In this document: piece by piece, positions 1-9,779 of the stretch
Numbering within the stretch: position 1 is the first letter of the stretch
Layout of the letters: every line of letters starts with the position of its first letter
Assembly: GCA_965228475.1 (NCBI GenBank)
Contig: OZ245817.1
Span: 2,336,001-2,400,000, forward strand
DNA: 64,000 nucleotides
Reading direction: 5' to 3'
Source of the DNA: Myxococcota bacterium
GTDB lineage: Bacteria > Myxococcota_A > UBA9160 > JAFDDA01
The notes under the pieces: model-generated
What the model was told of the DNA's origin: nothing
What the model saw: only the letters and a program-made list of their open reading frames with translations
Databases searched by the model: none
Program-made: the position numbers and the translations under genes

Positions 1-425
1 ACGTCTTCCTCGAGAAGGGGATCATCCTCGACACGATCGAAGTCGCCGCGACCTGGGACCAGCTCGAACGGCTCTACGACGCCGCCATCGCCGGCCTCTC
101 CGCGGTGCCGGGGCTGCTTTCCGGTTCGGCCCACACGAGCCATGCCTACCGCTCGGGGACGAACCTCTACTTCACCTTCCTCGCCCGCCCGGAATCGCGC
201 GGCGACATGGAGTCCACGTACCACGCGTGCTGGCGCGCCGTGATCGACGCGGCGGTCTCCGTCGGCGGCGGCATCGCGCACCACCACGGGATCGGGCGCG
301 TGCGGGCGGGGCGCCTCGAGGAAGAGATCGGCGCGGCGGGTCTCTCGGTGCTCCGCAGCGTGAAGGAGGCGCTCGACCCGGGCGATCTCCTGAACCCCGG
401 AGCGCTCCTCCCGGCCCGGGGTTAG
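1..425 (+). CDS. FAD-binding oxidoreductase C-terminus (alkyl-DHAP synthase / FAD-oxidase_C-like), 5'-truncated by the window edge
   Basis: AHTSHAYRSGTNLYFTF and GGGIAHHHGIGR...ALDPGDLLNPG are typical FAD-linked oxidase C-terminal motifs. The frame is open back to the window start. Confidence 0.8.
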   Translation, partial: VFLEKGIILDTIEVAATWDQLERLYDAAIAGLSAVPGLLSGSAHTSHAYRSGTNLYFTFLARPESRGDMESTYHACWRAVIDAAVSVGGGIAHHHGIGRVRAGRLEEEIGAAGLSVLRSVKEALDPGDLLNPGALLPARG

Positions 426-448
426 GGGTTGGCGGAGCGGGCCTGAAC

Positions 449-1882
449 GTGGCGCGGGAGTTCGTGCTCGCCCTCGACGCCGGGACGACCGGCGTCCGCG
501 CCCGGGCCTATGCGCCCGAGGGCCGGGTGGTCGGCCATGCGCACCGCGTGCTTCCGGTCTCCTTCCCCGCGCCGGGCCGCGTCGAGCAGGACCCGGAGCG
601 TCTCCACGGGGAGAGCGTCGCGGTGCTCGAAGCGGCGATGGCGGAAGCGGGCATCGCGCCCGCCGAGGTGGCCGCGCTCGGAATCGCGAGCCAGCGGGCG
701 ACGGCCCTGGCCTGGGACGCGGAAACCGGCCGGCCCCTCGCGCCCGCGCTCGGCTGGCAGGATCAGCGCCGCTGCCAGGCGCTCGATGACCTTCACGCAC
801 GGGGCATTCCGATCCCCGCCCAGGCCGCCGCCGCCAAGTTTCTCTGGTGGCTCGAACATTCGCCCGAAGTGGGCGAGGCGGCCCGCGCCGGAAGACTCCG
901 GCTCGGAACGCCCGAGGCCTGGCTGAGCGATCGGCTCGCCGGCGGAGCCGCCCACGTGACCGACCCGGGTCACGCCGGCTGCACGGCGCTCTACCACGCG
1001 GAGGAGCGCGGCTGGGCGGAGGGTCTCCTCGCGCTGCTGGGATTCGAGGCGGCGTGGCTCCCGGAGATCGTCGCGAGCGCGGAGCCGGTGGCCGAGGGCG
1101 TCGGCCCGCTCGCCGGGGTTCCCCTCGCGGCCCGGGCGGGGGACCAGCAGGCCGCGGCCTTCGCGGCGGGTCTGCGGATGCAGGGCGACGCCAAGCTGAC
1201 GCTCGGGACCGCGGCGATGCTCGAGGTCCATGCCGGATCGAGCCCGGGAACGCCATCGCCGGGGACGATTCCCTTGCCGCTCTGGCGGCTCCCGGACGGC
1301 AGCGAGCATCACTGCCTCGAGGGTCACGTGGCGACCGCGGGCTCGGCGCTCGAATGGGGTGTCGCACTCGGGCTGGCTCCGGACGTCGCCGGCCTCGATG
1401 CGCTCGCCCGGAGCGCGGCGGATTCCGCGGGCGTCGTTGCCGTCCCCGCCTTCCAGGGGCTCGCGACGCCGTTCGACGACGGAGAGGCGCGTGGCTTCGT
1501 CGGGGGGATCACCCGTGGCACCGGGCGCGCCGAGTTCGCCCGCGCCCTGTTCGAAGGCGTCGCCCACCGCTGCGTCGACGTCGCCGAGGCCATGGGCGTG
1601 ACGGCGGCACCCCTCCCTGCGGACGGCGGGCTCTCGCGCTCGCGCTTCCTGCTCGAGCGCATCGCGACGCTGCTCGGCCAGCCGATCCTCCGGGCCGCGG
1701 ATCCGGAGGGAACCGCCCGCGGCGCGGCCGGCCTCGCAGCCCTCGCCGTGGGCCTCGACCCCGCGCGCTTCCTGGCGGCCGGGGCGCCCGAGCGCATCGA
1801 ACCCGCGCCGGAAGATCGCGAGGGCGAGCGCGCCCGATGGCGTAGCATCGTCACCGAGCGGGTCGGGACCCGGTCGCCGTGA
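449..1882 (+). CDS. FGGY-family carbohydrate kinase (glycerol kinase-like)
   Basis: LALDAGTTGVRA, ASQRATALAWD, GDQQAA, AKLTLGT and DGGLS motifs. GTG start at 449 inferred inside ORF 227..1882. Confidence 0.85.
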   Translation: MAREFVLALDAGTTGVRARAYAPEGRVVGHAHRVLPVSFPAPGRVEQDPERLHGESVAVLEAAMAEAGIAPAEVAALGIASQRATALAWDAETGRPLAPALGWQDQRRCQALDDLHARGIPIPAQAAAAKFLWWLEHSPEVGEAARAGRLRLGTPEAWLSDRLAGGAAHVTDPGHAGCTALYHAEERGWAEGLLALLGFEAAWLPEIVASAEPVAEGVGPLAGVPLAARAGDQQAAAFAAGLRMQGDAKLTLGTAAMLEVHAGSSPGTPSPGTIPLPLWRLPDGSEHHCLEGHVATAGSALEWGVALGLAPDVAGLDALARSAADSAGVVAVPAFQGLATPFDDGEARGFVGGITRGTGRAEFARALFEGVAHRCVDVAEAMGVTAAPLPADGGLSRSRFLLERIATLLGQPILRAADPEGTARGAAGLAALAVGLDPARFLAAGAPERIEPAPEDREGERARWRSIVTERVGTRSP

Positions 1883-1931
1883 GCCGGCGCCCGGGAGGAG
1901 CGGCAGGCGTGCGCAGGGGCGCGGAGCGGGT

Positions 1932-3512
1932 GTGAAGAAGTTCTGGATCGGGCTCGTCGTGCTCGTGCTGCTGCTCGGGGTGGCCCTGGCTGCAACGCTG
2001 ACCCTCGGCGGGCCGCGGATCCTGACGGAGCTGATCGTGCGCGGCGGCGCGGCGCTCGGCTACCAGGACGTCGCGGTCACGGTCGAGTCGGTCGGCCCGA
2101 AGCGGACCGTGATCTCGGAGATCTCGGCCGGGCCGGCGCCCGGCCTGCGCGCCGAAGGCGTTGTGCTCGAATACGACTGGCGTTCGCTCCGAGCGCTCCG
2201 TGCGACCCGCGTCCGGATCGAGGACGTCCGGCTCCATGGCCGCTGGAACGAAGACGGCATGGTGTTCCCGGCGCTCCCGCCCGCTGACAATTCGGGCCCG
2301 CTGATCGCGGTGCCGGCCTGGGAGGCGCTCGAGGTGGGGAAGGGCGCCGTCGCGCTCGGCGGCGCGCGCGGACCCGTCACGGTCTCCTTCGCGAACTTCA
2401 AGGCGAGCGCCCCGGAGGGCGCCCGGCTCTCGGCGGCGGGCATCGCGTCGATCGACAGCCAGGCGCCCCCGATCGACGCGGACTTCGATCTCGTCCTCGA
2501 CGGCGACCGGCTGCTCGGCCACGCGAACGTCCACTCGCGGGACGGGAAGCTCGACCTCCGAGCCGCCTTCGGCGACCCGGGCGAGGGCCCCGGCACGTTT
2601 CCGACCGTGGCCCACGCGGGCGAGCTGCGCATGGCCGGGCAGGTGCGCGTGAAGGCCGAGGAGGCCGATCTCTCGCCGCTCACGCCGGAGTTCTCGGCCA
2701 GGGGCACCGTCCGCTTCGGGACGGAGAACCAGCGGCTCCAGATCTCGGGCAAGGGTCTCGCGCTCGACGGTTTCGGGATGTCGCTCTCGGGGCTGCAGGT
2801 GGCGCTCGACCTCGAGCAGCTCGTGCCGCCGGTCGGCGGCGCGGGACAGCGGATCTCCGTCGATACCGCGGCCATGGGCGTGCCGCTCGGCGGGGGCGAC
2901 GTCCGCTTCGGCGTGCGTCCGAACGGGGTGATCGACGTCGAGGCCCTCGACTGGAAGCTCCACGGCGGCCGCCTCCGGAGCGCCGCGGCCCTCGATCCGA
3001 ACGCCGAATCGAACGCCCTCACGCTCGAGGTCGCGGGGCTGGATCTCGCCCGCCTCTCCGCCGGTCTCGGCCGCGACGACCTCGAGATCACCGGGGTGAT
3101 CGACGGCACGCTGCCGCTCCGCCTCGAGGGCGATCGAATCTTTGCGGAGGAGGGACGTCTCATCGCCAGTGAGGCGGGCGGAGTGATCCGCTATCGATCC
3201 GGGGGCGGAACCCCCGGGGAGGCCCCGCCGGAGAGCGGGACCGTGGGAGGCATGGAGCTCGTGTTGGACGCTCTCGAGAACTTTCACTACCGCACGCTCG
3301 ACGTCACGATCGGCGGCGAGCTGACCGGGGAGCTCCTGCTCAAGCTGCGGATCGAAGGATCGAACCCCGACGTCTACGATGGCTATCCCTTCCAGCTGAA
3401 CCTGAACCTGGAAGGGCCCCTGGCCGACGTGATCCGGGGCAGTCAGACCGGCTTCCGCGTGCAGGATGCCGTCGAAGAGCGCTTCCAGAAGAAGCGCAAG
3501 GAGAAGCGATGA
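1932..3512 (+). CDS. ydbH: YdbH-family (AsmA-like) intermembrane protein
   Basis: N-terminal TM helix, beta-rich body, C-terminal ALENFHY...GSNPDVYDGYPFQLNLNLEG. Directly precedes ynbE- and ydbL-like genes. Confidence 0.8.
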   Translation: MKKFWIGLVVLVLLLGVALAATLTLGGPRILTELIVRGGAALGYQDVAVTVESVGPKRTVISEISAGPAPGLRAEGVVLEYDWRSLRALRATRVRIEDVRLHGRWNEDGMVFPALPPADNSGPLIAVPAWEALEVGKGAVALGGARGPVTVSFANFKASAPEGARLSAAGIASIDSQAPPIDADFDLVLDGDRLLGHANVHSRDGKLDLRAAFGDPGEGPGTFPTVAHAGELRMAGQVRVKAEEADLSPLTPEFSARGTVRFGTENQRLQISGKGLALDGFGMSLSGLQVALDLEQLVPPVGGAGQRISVDTAAMGVPLGGGDVRFGVRPNGVIDVEALDWKLHGGRLRSAAALDPNAESNALTLEVAGLDLARLSAGLGRDDLEITGVIDGTLPLRLEGDRIFAEEGRLIASEAGGVIRYRSGGGTPGEAPPESGTVGGMELVLDALENFHYRTLDVTIGGELTGELLLKLRIEGSNPDVYDGYPFQLNLNLEGPLADVIRGSQTGFRVQDAVEERFQKKRKEKR

Positions 3513-3691
3513 GAACCCTTGGCCTGGCCGTGCTGGCTGCCGCGGCGGTGGCGTGTCAGCCGACCGTGCGCGTCGAGCCGCCGAAGGAACCGATCGTGGT
3601 CAACCTCAACGTGAAGATCGAACACGAGGTCCGCATCAAGGTGGAGAAGGACGTCGAAGCCTTGTTCGCCGAGAACCCGGATCTTTTTTAG
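3509..3691 (+). CDS. ynbE: YnbE-family lipoprotein
   Basis: Lipobox AVAC followed by PKEPIVVNLNVKIEHEVRIKVEKDV...NPDLF. Confidence 0.9.
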   Translation: MRTLGLAVLAAAAVACQPTVRVEPPKEPIVVNLNVKIEHEVRIKVEKDVEALFAENPDLF

Positions 3692-3697
3692 GAGCGC

Positions 3698-4048
3698 GTG
3701 ATGAAGACTCTCTCCCTACAGCGGATGATGATGCTGCTGGCGGCCTTCGTGCTGGCGTCGGCCCCGATGGCCCTGGCGGCGAGCCCGCTCGATACCGCCA
3801 AGTCCGCCGGCCTGCTCGGTGAGCGTTGGGACGGCTACCTCGGCGTCGTGAAGAGCGACACCGCCGCGACGGCCCTCGCCAAGGAGATCAACTCGAAGCG
3901 CCGGGCGCACTACGCGAAGATCGCCTCCGGCGAGGGAACCTCCGTCGAAGCCGTGGCGGCGATCGCGGGCGAGAAGCTCGTCGAGGGGGCGCCGAGCGGG
4001 CACTACGTCCGGACCTCCGCCGACGCCGACTGGACGCGCGTGCCCTAG
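3698..4048 (+). CDS. ydbL: YdbL-family (DUF1318) protein
   Basis: Signal peptide, AKSAGLLGERWDGYLG...EINSKRRAHY, and operon context. Confidence 0.88.
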   Translation: MMKTLSLQRMMMLLAAFVLASAPMALAASPLDTAKSAGLLGERWDGYLGVVKSDTAATALAKEINSKRRAHYAKIASGEGTSVEAVAAIAGEKLVEGAPSGHYVRTSADADWTRVP

Positions 4049-4843
4049 GTGGGTCTGCTCGAGGGGCGGCGCGCGCTGGTCACGGGCGGTGGCTCCGGGA
4101 TCGGCCGCGCCACGGCCCGGCGTTTCTCCGAAGAGGGCGCGCGCGTCGCCGTGCTCGACCGCGATGCCGAGAGCGCGGAGGCCGCAGCCAGAGAGGTCTC
4201 GGGCCGCGCCTTCGTCGCCGACGTGCGTGAACCCGCCGCCGTGCGCGAGGCGGTCGATGCCGCGGCCGCCTGGCTGGGGGGCCTCGACACGGTCTCCCAC
4301 AACGCGGGAACCGGGCAGCTGCTCGGCTTCGAGGACGTCTCCCCGGCGCAGTTCGACGACCTCGTCCAGGTGAACCTCTCCGGGACCTTCCACGTCCTCC
4401 AGGCCGTGACGCCGCACCTGCGCGCGGCCGGCGGCGGGAGCATCGTCACCAACGCCTCCGAGAGCGGGATCCGCCCGACCCAGGGCGAGCTGCCGTACTC
4501 CGCGGCGAAGGCAGGGGTGATCGCGACGACCCTCGGTGCGGCCCAGGAGCTCGGCCCGACCATCCGGGTGAACTGCGTCTCCCCGGGTGTGATCCGGACC
4601 CCGCTGACCGAGCCGCTGTTCGCGGCGCCCGGTCTGCTCGACCCGGTGGAGCGCGCCGCCCCCCTCGGCCGCGGCGGCGAGGCCGAAGAAGTGGCCGACG
4701 TGATCCTCTTCCTCGCGAGCGATCTCGCGCGCTACGTCACCGGCCAGAACCTGGTGGTCGACGGCGGCATGGGGCTCCCGCAGGCAGGAATCGACGAGGT
4801 CCTCCGCCGCGTCCTCCCGGCCATGAAACCGAAGAAGGCCTGA
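4049..4843 (+). CDS. Short-chain dehydrogenase/reductase
   Basis: TGGGSGIG, NAG, YSAAK and VNCVSPG motifs. Confidence 0.92.
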   Translation: MGLLEGRRALVTGGGSGIGRATARRFSEEGARVAVLDRDAESAEAAAREVSGRAFVADVREPAAVREAVDAAAAWLGGLDTVSHNAGTGQLLGFEDVSPAQFDDLVQVNLSGTFHVLQAVTPHLRAAGGGSIVTNASESGIRPTQGELPYSAAKAGVIATTLGAAQELGPTIRVNCVSPGVIRTPLTEPLFAAPGLLDPVERAAPLGRGGEAEEVADVILFLASDLARYVTGQNLVVDGGMGLPQAGIDEVLRRVLPAMKPKKA

Positions 4844-4942
4844 GGCGGCCCTGGGGCTTCTCTCCCGGGCCCACCGCTGGCACGTTCCCCGAGGCATTCC
4901 GCGCCGCTGCACGCGGCGCTGCGCGGGAGCTGCAGGTTTCCG

Positions 4943-4968
4943 TCAAGGCGCGGGCCGAGCGGGCCGAT
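4943..4968 (+). promoter_or_regulatory. Sigma-28 (FliA/SigD)-like promoter
   Basis: TCAAG(4943-4947)-15 nt-GCCGAT(4963-4968). The same motif and spacing recur at several other sites in the window. Confidence 0.6.
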
Positions 4969-5005
4969 GAGTCCGGCTGGGGGTTTCCCCCGAGGAGGAC
5001 GAATC

Positions 5006-5437
5006 ATGTCGATCAGTCATTGGCTCGCAGGCCGGATGGCCCTGGTGGGCTGCGCCGCGCTGGGCCTGGCCCTCGCCGGCCCGGCCGAAGCCGACCCGGC
5101 GAAGATCGCCCCGGGCAGCAACAGCGCCGAGCGCGCCTTCGGGAAGTTCGCGGGTTCCTGGATGAAGACGATGGAGCAGCGCGAGGCGACCAACCGGGGC
5201 AAGCCCGAGATCAAGCGCTACGCCGGACGGACCTACGCCGCCTACACGGGCTACGGCTCCGATTGGGACATCGAGGTCCACGCCACGGGCGACAGCGTCT
5301 CCCCCTACGTGGGCGTGCTCCACTACAAGGAGCAGCACTTCACCTGCGCGGACGAGACCACGAACAAGTGCTCCGTGGCCTCCCAGACCCCGGTGACCGA
5401 GGTCTTCCCGTACCGAAACGGCAAGTGGAAGTACTAG
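5006..5437 (+). CDS. Hypothetical secreted protein
   Basis: SD GAGGAGG before ATG 5006, signal peptide ending AEA, strongly GC3-biased codons, C-terminal YRNGKWKY. Confidence 0.75.
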   Translation: MSISHWLAGRMALVGCAALGLALAGPAEADPAKIAPGSNSAERAFGKFAGSWMKTMEQREATNRGKPEIKRYAGRTYAAYTGYGSDWDIEVHATGDSVSPYVGVLHYKEQHFTCADETTNKCSVASQTPVTEVFPYRNGKWKY

Positions 5438-5518
5438 GCCGTCCGTAGAAGGGGCCGATTCCCGCTTTCTCGCTCGAGCCCGAAGAGAAGGCTAGCGATG
5501 CGCGGTCGGATATGAGAT

Positions 5519-5554
5519 TCCTCCCTGGGAGCGCGCCCGTGCTCCCAGGGAGGA
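5519..5554 (+). promoter_or_regulatory. Perfect 14-bp hairpin sequestering the SD of the MAPEG gene
   Basis: TCCTCCCTGGGAGC (5519-5532) is the exact reverse complement of GCTCCCAGGGAGGA (5541-5554), which contains GGAGG. Confidence 0.6.
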
Positions 5555-5559
5555 TGCCC

Positions 5560-5943
5560 ATGGATCTCGTGGCGGCCGTCGTCGTGGCGGTGTTGATCCA
5601 GTACTTCTACTTCGCGGTCCTCGTGGGCCGCTCCCGCATGAAGACCGGGATCGCCGCGCCGGCCGTGACCGGGGACCCGGTCTTCGAGCGGACGCTCCGC
5701 GTGCAGCAGAACACGCTCGAGCAGCTCGTGATCTTCCTGCCGTGCATCGCGCTGTTCGCCCACTACGTGAGCGCGAACCTGGCGGCCCTGCTCGGGCTCG
5801 TCTTCCTGCTCGGCCGCGGCCTCTACGCCGCCGGCTACATCCAGGAGGCCGGGAAGCGCGGGCCGGGCTTCATGGTGACGCTGCTGGCCCAGGCCTGCCT
5901 CGCCGTGGGCGCCCTGGTCGGGGCGCTGCGGGCGGCGCTCTAG
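5560..5943 (+). CDS. MAPEG-family membrane protein
   Basis: VGRSRMK...APAVTGDPVFERTLRVQQNTLEQL...LLGRGLYAAGY, about four TM helices. Confidence 0.9.
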   Translation: MDLVAAVVVAVLIQYFYFAVLVGRSRMKTGIAAPAVTGDPVFERTLRVQQNTLEQLVIFLPCIALFAHYVSANLAALLGLVFLLGRGLYAAGYIQEAGKRGPGFMVTLLAQACLAVGALVGALRAAL

Positions 5944-6040
5944 CGACCCTCTCGAAGCTCCAGTTCCGGCTCCGGCAGGCCGCTCCAGAACGTTCGGTGC
6001 GCGTCGGTTAGACTCGCTGCCTGCGCCGAAAGGAGCTTCC

Positions 6041-7318
6041 GTGGAACCGAAGAGCGTCCTGTCCGTCGACGAAATCGAGCTCGGGCTGCCCGAGTTCTGG
6101 CTCCGGCCCCTCGCGGAGCGCGAGGGTGCCTTCGCCACCCTGCGCGCCGAGCGGCCGGTCTCCTTCCACGAGGAACCCGACGTCGAGTTCGTTCCCTTCC
6201 CGCGCGGGCCCGGCTTCTGGTCCCTCACGCGTCACGCCGACATCCTCGAGGCCAGCCGCCGCGCGGACGTCTTCTGCTCGGGCAAGGGCAGCAACATCGC
6301 GGACCTGCCGCCGCCGTTCCTGCAGTTCTTCGGGTCGATGATCAACATGGACGACCCGGACCATGCGCGGCTGCGCAAGATCGTCTCGGCCGGCTTCACG
6401 CCGCGCGTGCTCGAGAACGTCGAGGCCGACGTCTCCCGGATCGCGAGCCGCATCCTCGACAACGTGATCGAGAAGGGCGAGGTCGACTTCGTGACGGACG
6501 TCGCGGCGCGGCTTCCCCTCGCGATCATCTGCGACATGATGGGCATCCCGGAGAGCCAGCACGATCTCATCTTCGAGAAGACGAACGTGATCCTCGGCGC
6601 CGGCGACCCGGAGTACGTGCCGGACCCGACGCAGATCGTGCCGACCCTGCTCGCCGCCGGCGCGGAGCTCTCCCAGCTCGTGCAGGAGCTCGGCCGGGAC
6701 CGCCGCAACAAGCCGACCGAGGATCTCACTTCGGCCCTCGTGAACGCCGAGGTCGACGGCGAGAAGCTCTCGGACGCGGAGCTCGGCTCCTTCTTCGTCC
6801 TGCTCGTCGTGGCCGGGAACGAGACGACCCGCAACGCCATCTCCCACGGGACGAAGGCGCTCTCGGACTTCCCGGAGCAGAAGGCCGCCTGGGCGGCCGA
6901 CTTCGACGGTCTGGCGCCGACCGCCGTCGAGGAGATCGTGCGCTGGGCCACGCCCGTGATCCACTTCCGCCGCACGGCCACTCGGGACACGGAGATCGGG
7001 GGGCAGGCCATCCGCGAGGGCGAGAAGGTCGTGCTCTGGTACTGCTCGGGGAACCGTGACGAGGCGGTCTACGACGATCCCTTCCGCTTCGACGTCGCCC
7101 GCAAGCCGAACCCCCACGTGGGCTTCGGCGGGCCGGGCCCGCACTTCTGCCTGGGCGCCCACCTCGCACGGCGCGAGATGACGGTGATGTTCCGGGAGAT
7201 GTTCCGGCGCATCCCGGACTTCGAGGTCGTAGGCGAGCCCGAGCGCCTGCAGTCCTTCTTCATCCACGGGCTGAAGCACATGACCGTGCGCTTCACGCCC
7301 GGGGGCGCCGGGAACTAG
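6041..7318 (+). CDS. Cytochrome P450 (CYP124/125-like lipid or steroid oxidase)
   Basis: AGNETT I-helix, EIVR (ExxR) motif, and heme motif FGGPGPHFCLG. Confidence 0.95.
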   Translation: MEPKSVLSVDEIELGLPEFWLRPLAEREGAFATLRAERPVSFHEEPDVEFVPFPRGPGFWSLTRHADILEASRRADVFCSGKGSNIADLPPPFLQFFGSMINMDDPDHARLRKIVSAGFTPRVLENVEADVSRIASRILDNVIEKGEVDFVTDVAARLPLAIICDMMGIPESQHDLIFEKTNVILGAGDPEYVPDPTQIVPTLLAAGAELSQLVQELGRDRRNKPTEDLTSALVNAEVDGEKLSDAELGSFFVLLVVAGNETTRNAISHGTKALSDFPEQKAAWAADFDGLAPTAVEEIVRWATPVIHFRRTATRDTEIGGQAIREGEKVVLWYCSGNRDEAVYDDPFRFDVARKPNPHVGFGGPGPHFCLGAHLARREMTVMFREMFRRIPDFEVVGEPERLQSFFIHGLKHMTVRFTPGGAGN

Positions 7319-8193
7319 CGGGCCCCGGAGCCCGCGCCGAGCTCGGCCTCGAGGGGCCCGGCGGGCTCGACGGGGAAAAAGAGCGGCTCGCCGCGGGCGC
7401 GGAAGCCCGCGATGGCCTCGCGCCCGGCGGCCGAGGTGATCCAGTCGACGAAGGCCTGCGCGCCGCGGATCTTCGTGTGCGGGTGGCGCGCCGGGTCGAC
7501 GGCGATCACGCCGTACTCGTTGCGCATGCGCGGGTCGTGCTCGACGAGCAGGGCGAGCCCCTCCCGGTTCCGGAAGGCCACCCACGTCCCGCGATCCGTC
7601 AGCGTGTAGGCCGGAAGCTGGTTCGCCGTGTTCAACGTCGCGCCCATGCCGGAGCCGGTCTCGCGGTACCAGGTGCCCGGGCCGGTCTCCGGGTCGAAGG
7701 CGGTCGCCTGCCAGAGGGCGCGCTCGGCCTTGTGGGTGCCCGAATCATCGCCGCGCGAGAGGAAGAGCGCTTCGCTCCGGGCGATCTGCTCGAGCGCCTT
7801 CGTGATGTCCCCGCCGCCGGCGACGCCGGCCGGGTCTTCGGCGGGCCCCACCAGCACGAAGTCGTTGTACATCACCGCGTGCCGGGCGAGGCCGTAGCCC
7901 TCGGCGACGAAGGCCTCCTCCGAGGGCCGGTGGTGGACGAGCAGCACGTCGGCATCGCCGCGCCGGGCGAGGTCGATGGCGCGCCCAGTCCCCACCGCGA
8001 TCACCCGGACCCGGACGCCGGTCGCGGCCTCGAACTTCGGCAGCAGATGCTCGAAGAGGCCCGAGTCCCGGGTCGAGGTCGTCGAGGAGAGGGTGATCGT
8101 CTCGGCCTCGTCCGTCGCGTCGGCGTGGGCCGGAGCGGCCAGCATCACGGCGAGGATGCACAGCCCTCGTGCCCACCGGGAAAAGTGCCTCAT
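7315..8193 (-). CDS. tupA: Tungstate ABC transporter substrate-binding protein
   Basis: STTSTRDSGL, AVGTG, SRGDDSGTH and GSGMGATL motifs, with a signal peptide. Confidence 0.88.
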   Translation of the reverse strand: MRHFSRWARGLCILAVMLAAPAHADATDEAETITLSSTTSTRDSGLFEHLLPKFEAATGVRVRVIAVGTGRAIDLARRGDADVLLVHHRPSEEAFVAEGYGLARHAVMYNDFVLVGPAEDPAGVAGGGDITKALEQIARSEALFLSRGDDSGTHKAERALWQATAFDPETGPGTWYRETGSGMGATLNTANQLPAYTLTDRGTWVAFRNREGLALLVEHDPRMRNEYGVIAVDPARHPHTKIRGAQAFVDWITSAAGREAIAGFRARGEPLFFPVEPAGPLEAELGAGSGAR

Positions 8194-8939
8194 GCGAGGA
8201 GATCCCCCTTGAGGAAGGCCTGGGCCTCCGGGGTCTCGGGCCGGTCGAAAAAGCCTTCGGCCGGGGTCTGTTCGAGCAGGCGGCCGCGGTGGAGGAAGAG
8301 CACTTCGTCGGCGAGGCGCCGGGCCTGGCCGAGGTCGTGGGTCGTCATCACGATCTTGGTTCCCGTTGCCCGGATGCCGCGGATCAGCTCTTCGAGCGCG
8401 CGGGTCGAGGCCGGGTCGAGGGCGCTCGCGGGTTCGTCGAGCCAGAGCACTTCGGGTTCGACCGCCCAGGCCCGGGCGAGGGCGACCCGCTGGCGTTGCC
8501 CGATGGAGAGGGCGCGGGCCGGACGCGCGGCGAGGTCCGCGAGGCCCGCGGCCTCGAGGGTCCTGGCGACGCGCTCGGCGCGGGCCTCCCGCGCGAGTCC
8601 GCGCAGGCGGAGGGCGTAGTCGAGGTTCGCGGCCACGCGCCTGCGCAGGAGGACCGGGCGCTGGAGGAGCATCGCCTGGTGGGCCGGGGCTTCGTCCGCC
8701 CGCGCGCCGAGCCAGCGCACGCGCCCCCGGCTCGGACGGACGAGGCCGTGGGCGACGTGCAGCGTCAGGCTCTTTCCCGCGCCGTTCGGGCCGAGGATGA
8801 CGCTGCAGCCGCCGGCGCCGAGCTCGAAGTCGAGGCCGTCGAGCCGCGCGGCGCCCGCGAGGTCCAGCCCGACGCCTTCGAAGCGCAGGGGAAGGATGCT
8901 CGGGGCAGCCTCCTGCGGAGCGGCGTCAGGCTTCGGCAA
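8190..8939 (-). CDS. tupC: Tungstate ABC transporter ATP-binding protein
   Basis: Walker A GPNGAGKS, LSIGQRQR, LDEP, and operon context. Confidence 0.85.
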   Translation of the reverse strand: MPKPDAAPQEAAPSILPLRFEGVGLDLAGAARLDGLDFELGAGGCSVILGPNGAGKSLTLHVAHGLVRPSRGRVRWLGARADEAPAHQAMLLQRPVLLRRRVAANLDYALRLRGLAREARAERVARTLEAAGLADLAARPARALSIGQRQRVALARAWAVEPEVLWLDEPASALDPASTRALEELIRGIRATGTKIVMTTHDLGQARRLADEVLFLHRGRLLEQTPAEGFFDRPETPEAQAFLKGDLLA

Positions 8940-9630
8940 GTTCCGCCATCCCTTGCGCGAGCTGCGCCACGGCCGTCACCGCGACCGAGAGCACGATCAG
9001 GACGATGCCGAGGCCGAGCGCCAGCGGCAGATCGCCGCGGCTCGTTTCGAGCGCGATCGCCGTCGACATCACCCGCGTCGCGTGGGCGATGTTGCCGCCG
9101 ACGATGATGGCCGAGCCGATCTCGGTGATCGCGCGGCCGAAGCCCGCGAGGAGCGCCGTCAGCAGGCTGTAGCGGGCCTCGTAGATCAAGGTCGCCATCG
9201 CACGCACGCCGCGCGCGCCGAGGGACTGGAGCGTTTCGCGGTATTCGCCCCAGTGGTCCTCGAGAACCTGGCGCGAGAGCGCGGCGAGCAGCGGCAGGAC
9301 GAGCAGCGTCTGACCGACGATGATCGCCTGGGGCGTGAAGAGCCATCCGAGCGATCCGAGCGGCCCCGAGCGGGAGAGCAACAGGTAGACGAACAGGCCG
9401 ACGACGACCGCGGGAAGCGCCATCAGGCCGTTCAGGAGGGCCAGGACGACCCGGCGCCCCGGGAAGCGTGCGATCGCGAGGGCGGCGCCGACGGGGACGC
9501 CCACGAGCACGCCCAGGGTGAGCGCCGTCAGGCTCACGCGCAGGGAGAGCCCGACGATCTCGAGCAGCTCGGGGTCCGCGCCGGCGATCAGCCCGAGTGC
9601 ACTGCGAAAGGCCGCGACCAGATCCGCCAT
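8926..9630 (-). CDS. tupB: Tungstate ABC transporter permease
   Basis: LPAVVVGLFVYLLLSRSGPLG and AGFGRAITEIG...VGGNI...TRVMSTAIALETSRG. Start placed at ATG 9630. Confidence 0.88.
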   Translation of the reverse strand: MADLVAAFRSALGLIAGADPELLEIVGLSLRVSLTALTLGVLVGVPVGAALAIARFPGRRVVLALLNGLMALPAVVVGLFVYLLLSRSGPLGSLGWLFTPQAIIVGQTLLVLPLLAALSRQVLEDHWGEYRETLQSLGARGVRAMATLIYEARYSLLTALLAGFGRAITEIGSAIIVGGNIAHATRVMSTAIALETSRGDLPLALGLGIVLIVLSVAVTAVAQLAQGMAELAEA

Positions 9631-9699
9631 CCCGGGGGGATAGCTCAGTCCCTGCGCCAGGGGACAGCCGGCACCACCCCGAGGCGGCCCGGTGTAGCG

Positions 9700-9737
9700 T
9701 GTACCGATCGGTACGTTACAATGTACTGATCGGTACG
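9700..9737 (+). promoter_or_regulatory. Tandem TetR-type operators flanking a -10 box
   Basis: Perfect palindrome GTACCGATCGGTAC (9701-9714), near-identical GTACTGATCGGTAC (9723-9736), and TACAAT (9717-9722) between them. Confidence 0.75.
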
Positions 9738-9779
9738 GTACGCGCCCCGGCCGGCCGAAGACCTCGAAAAGGGGGACCC

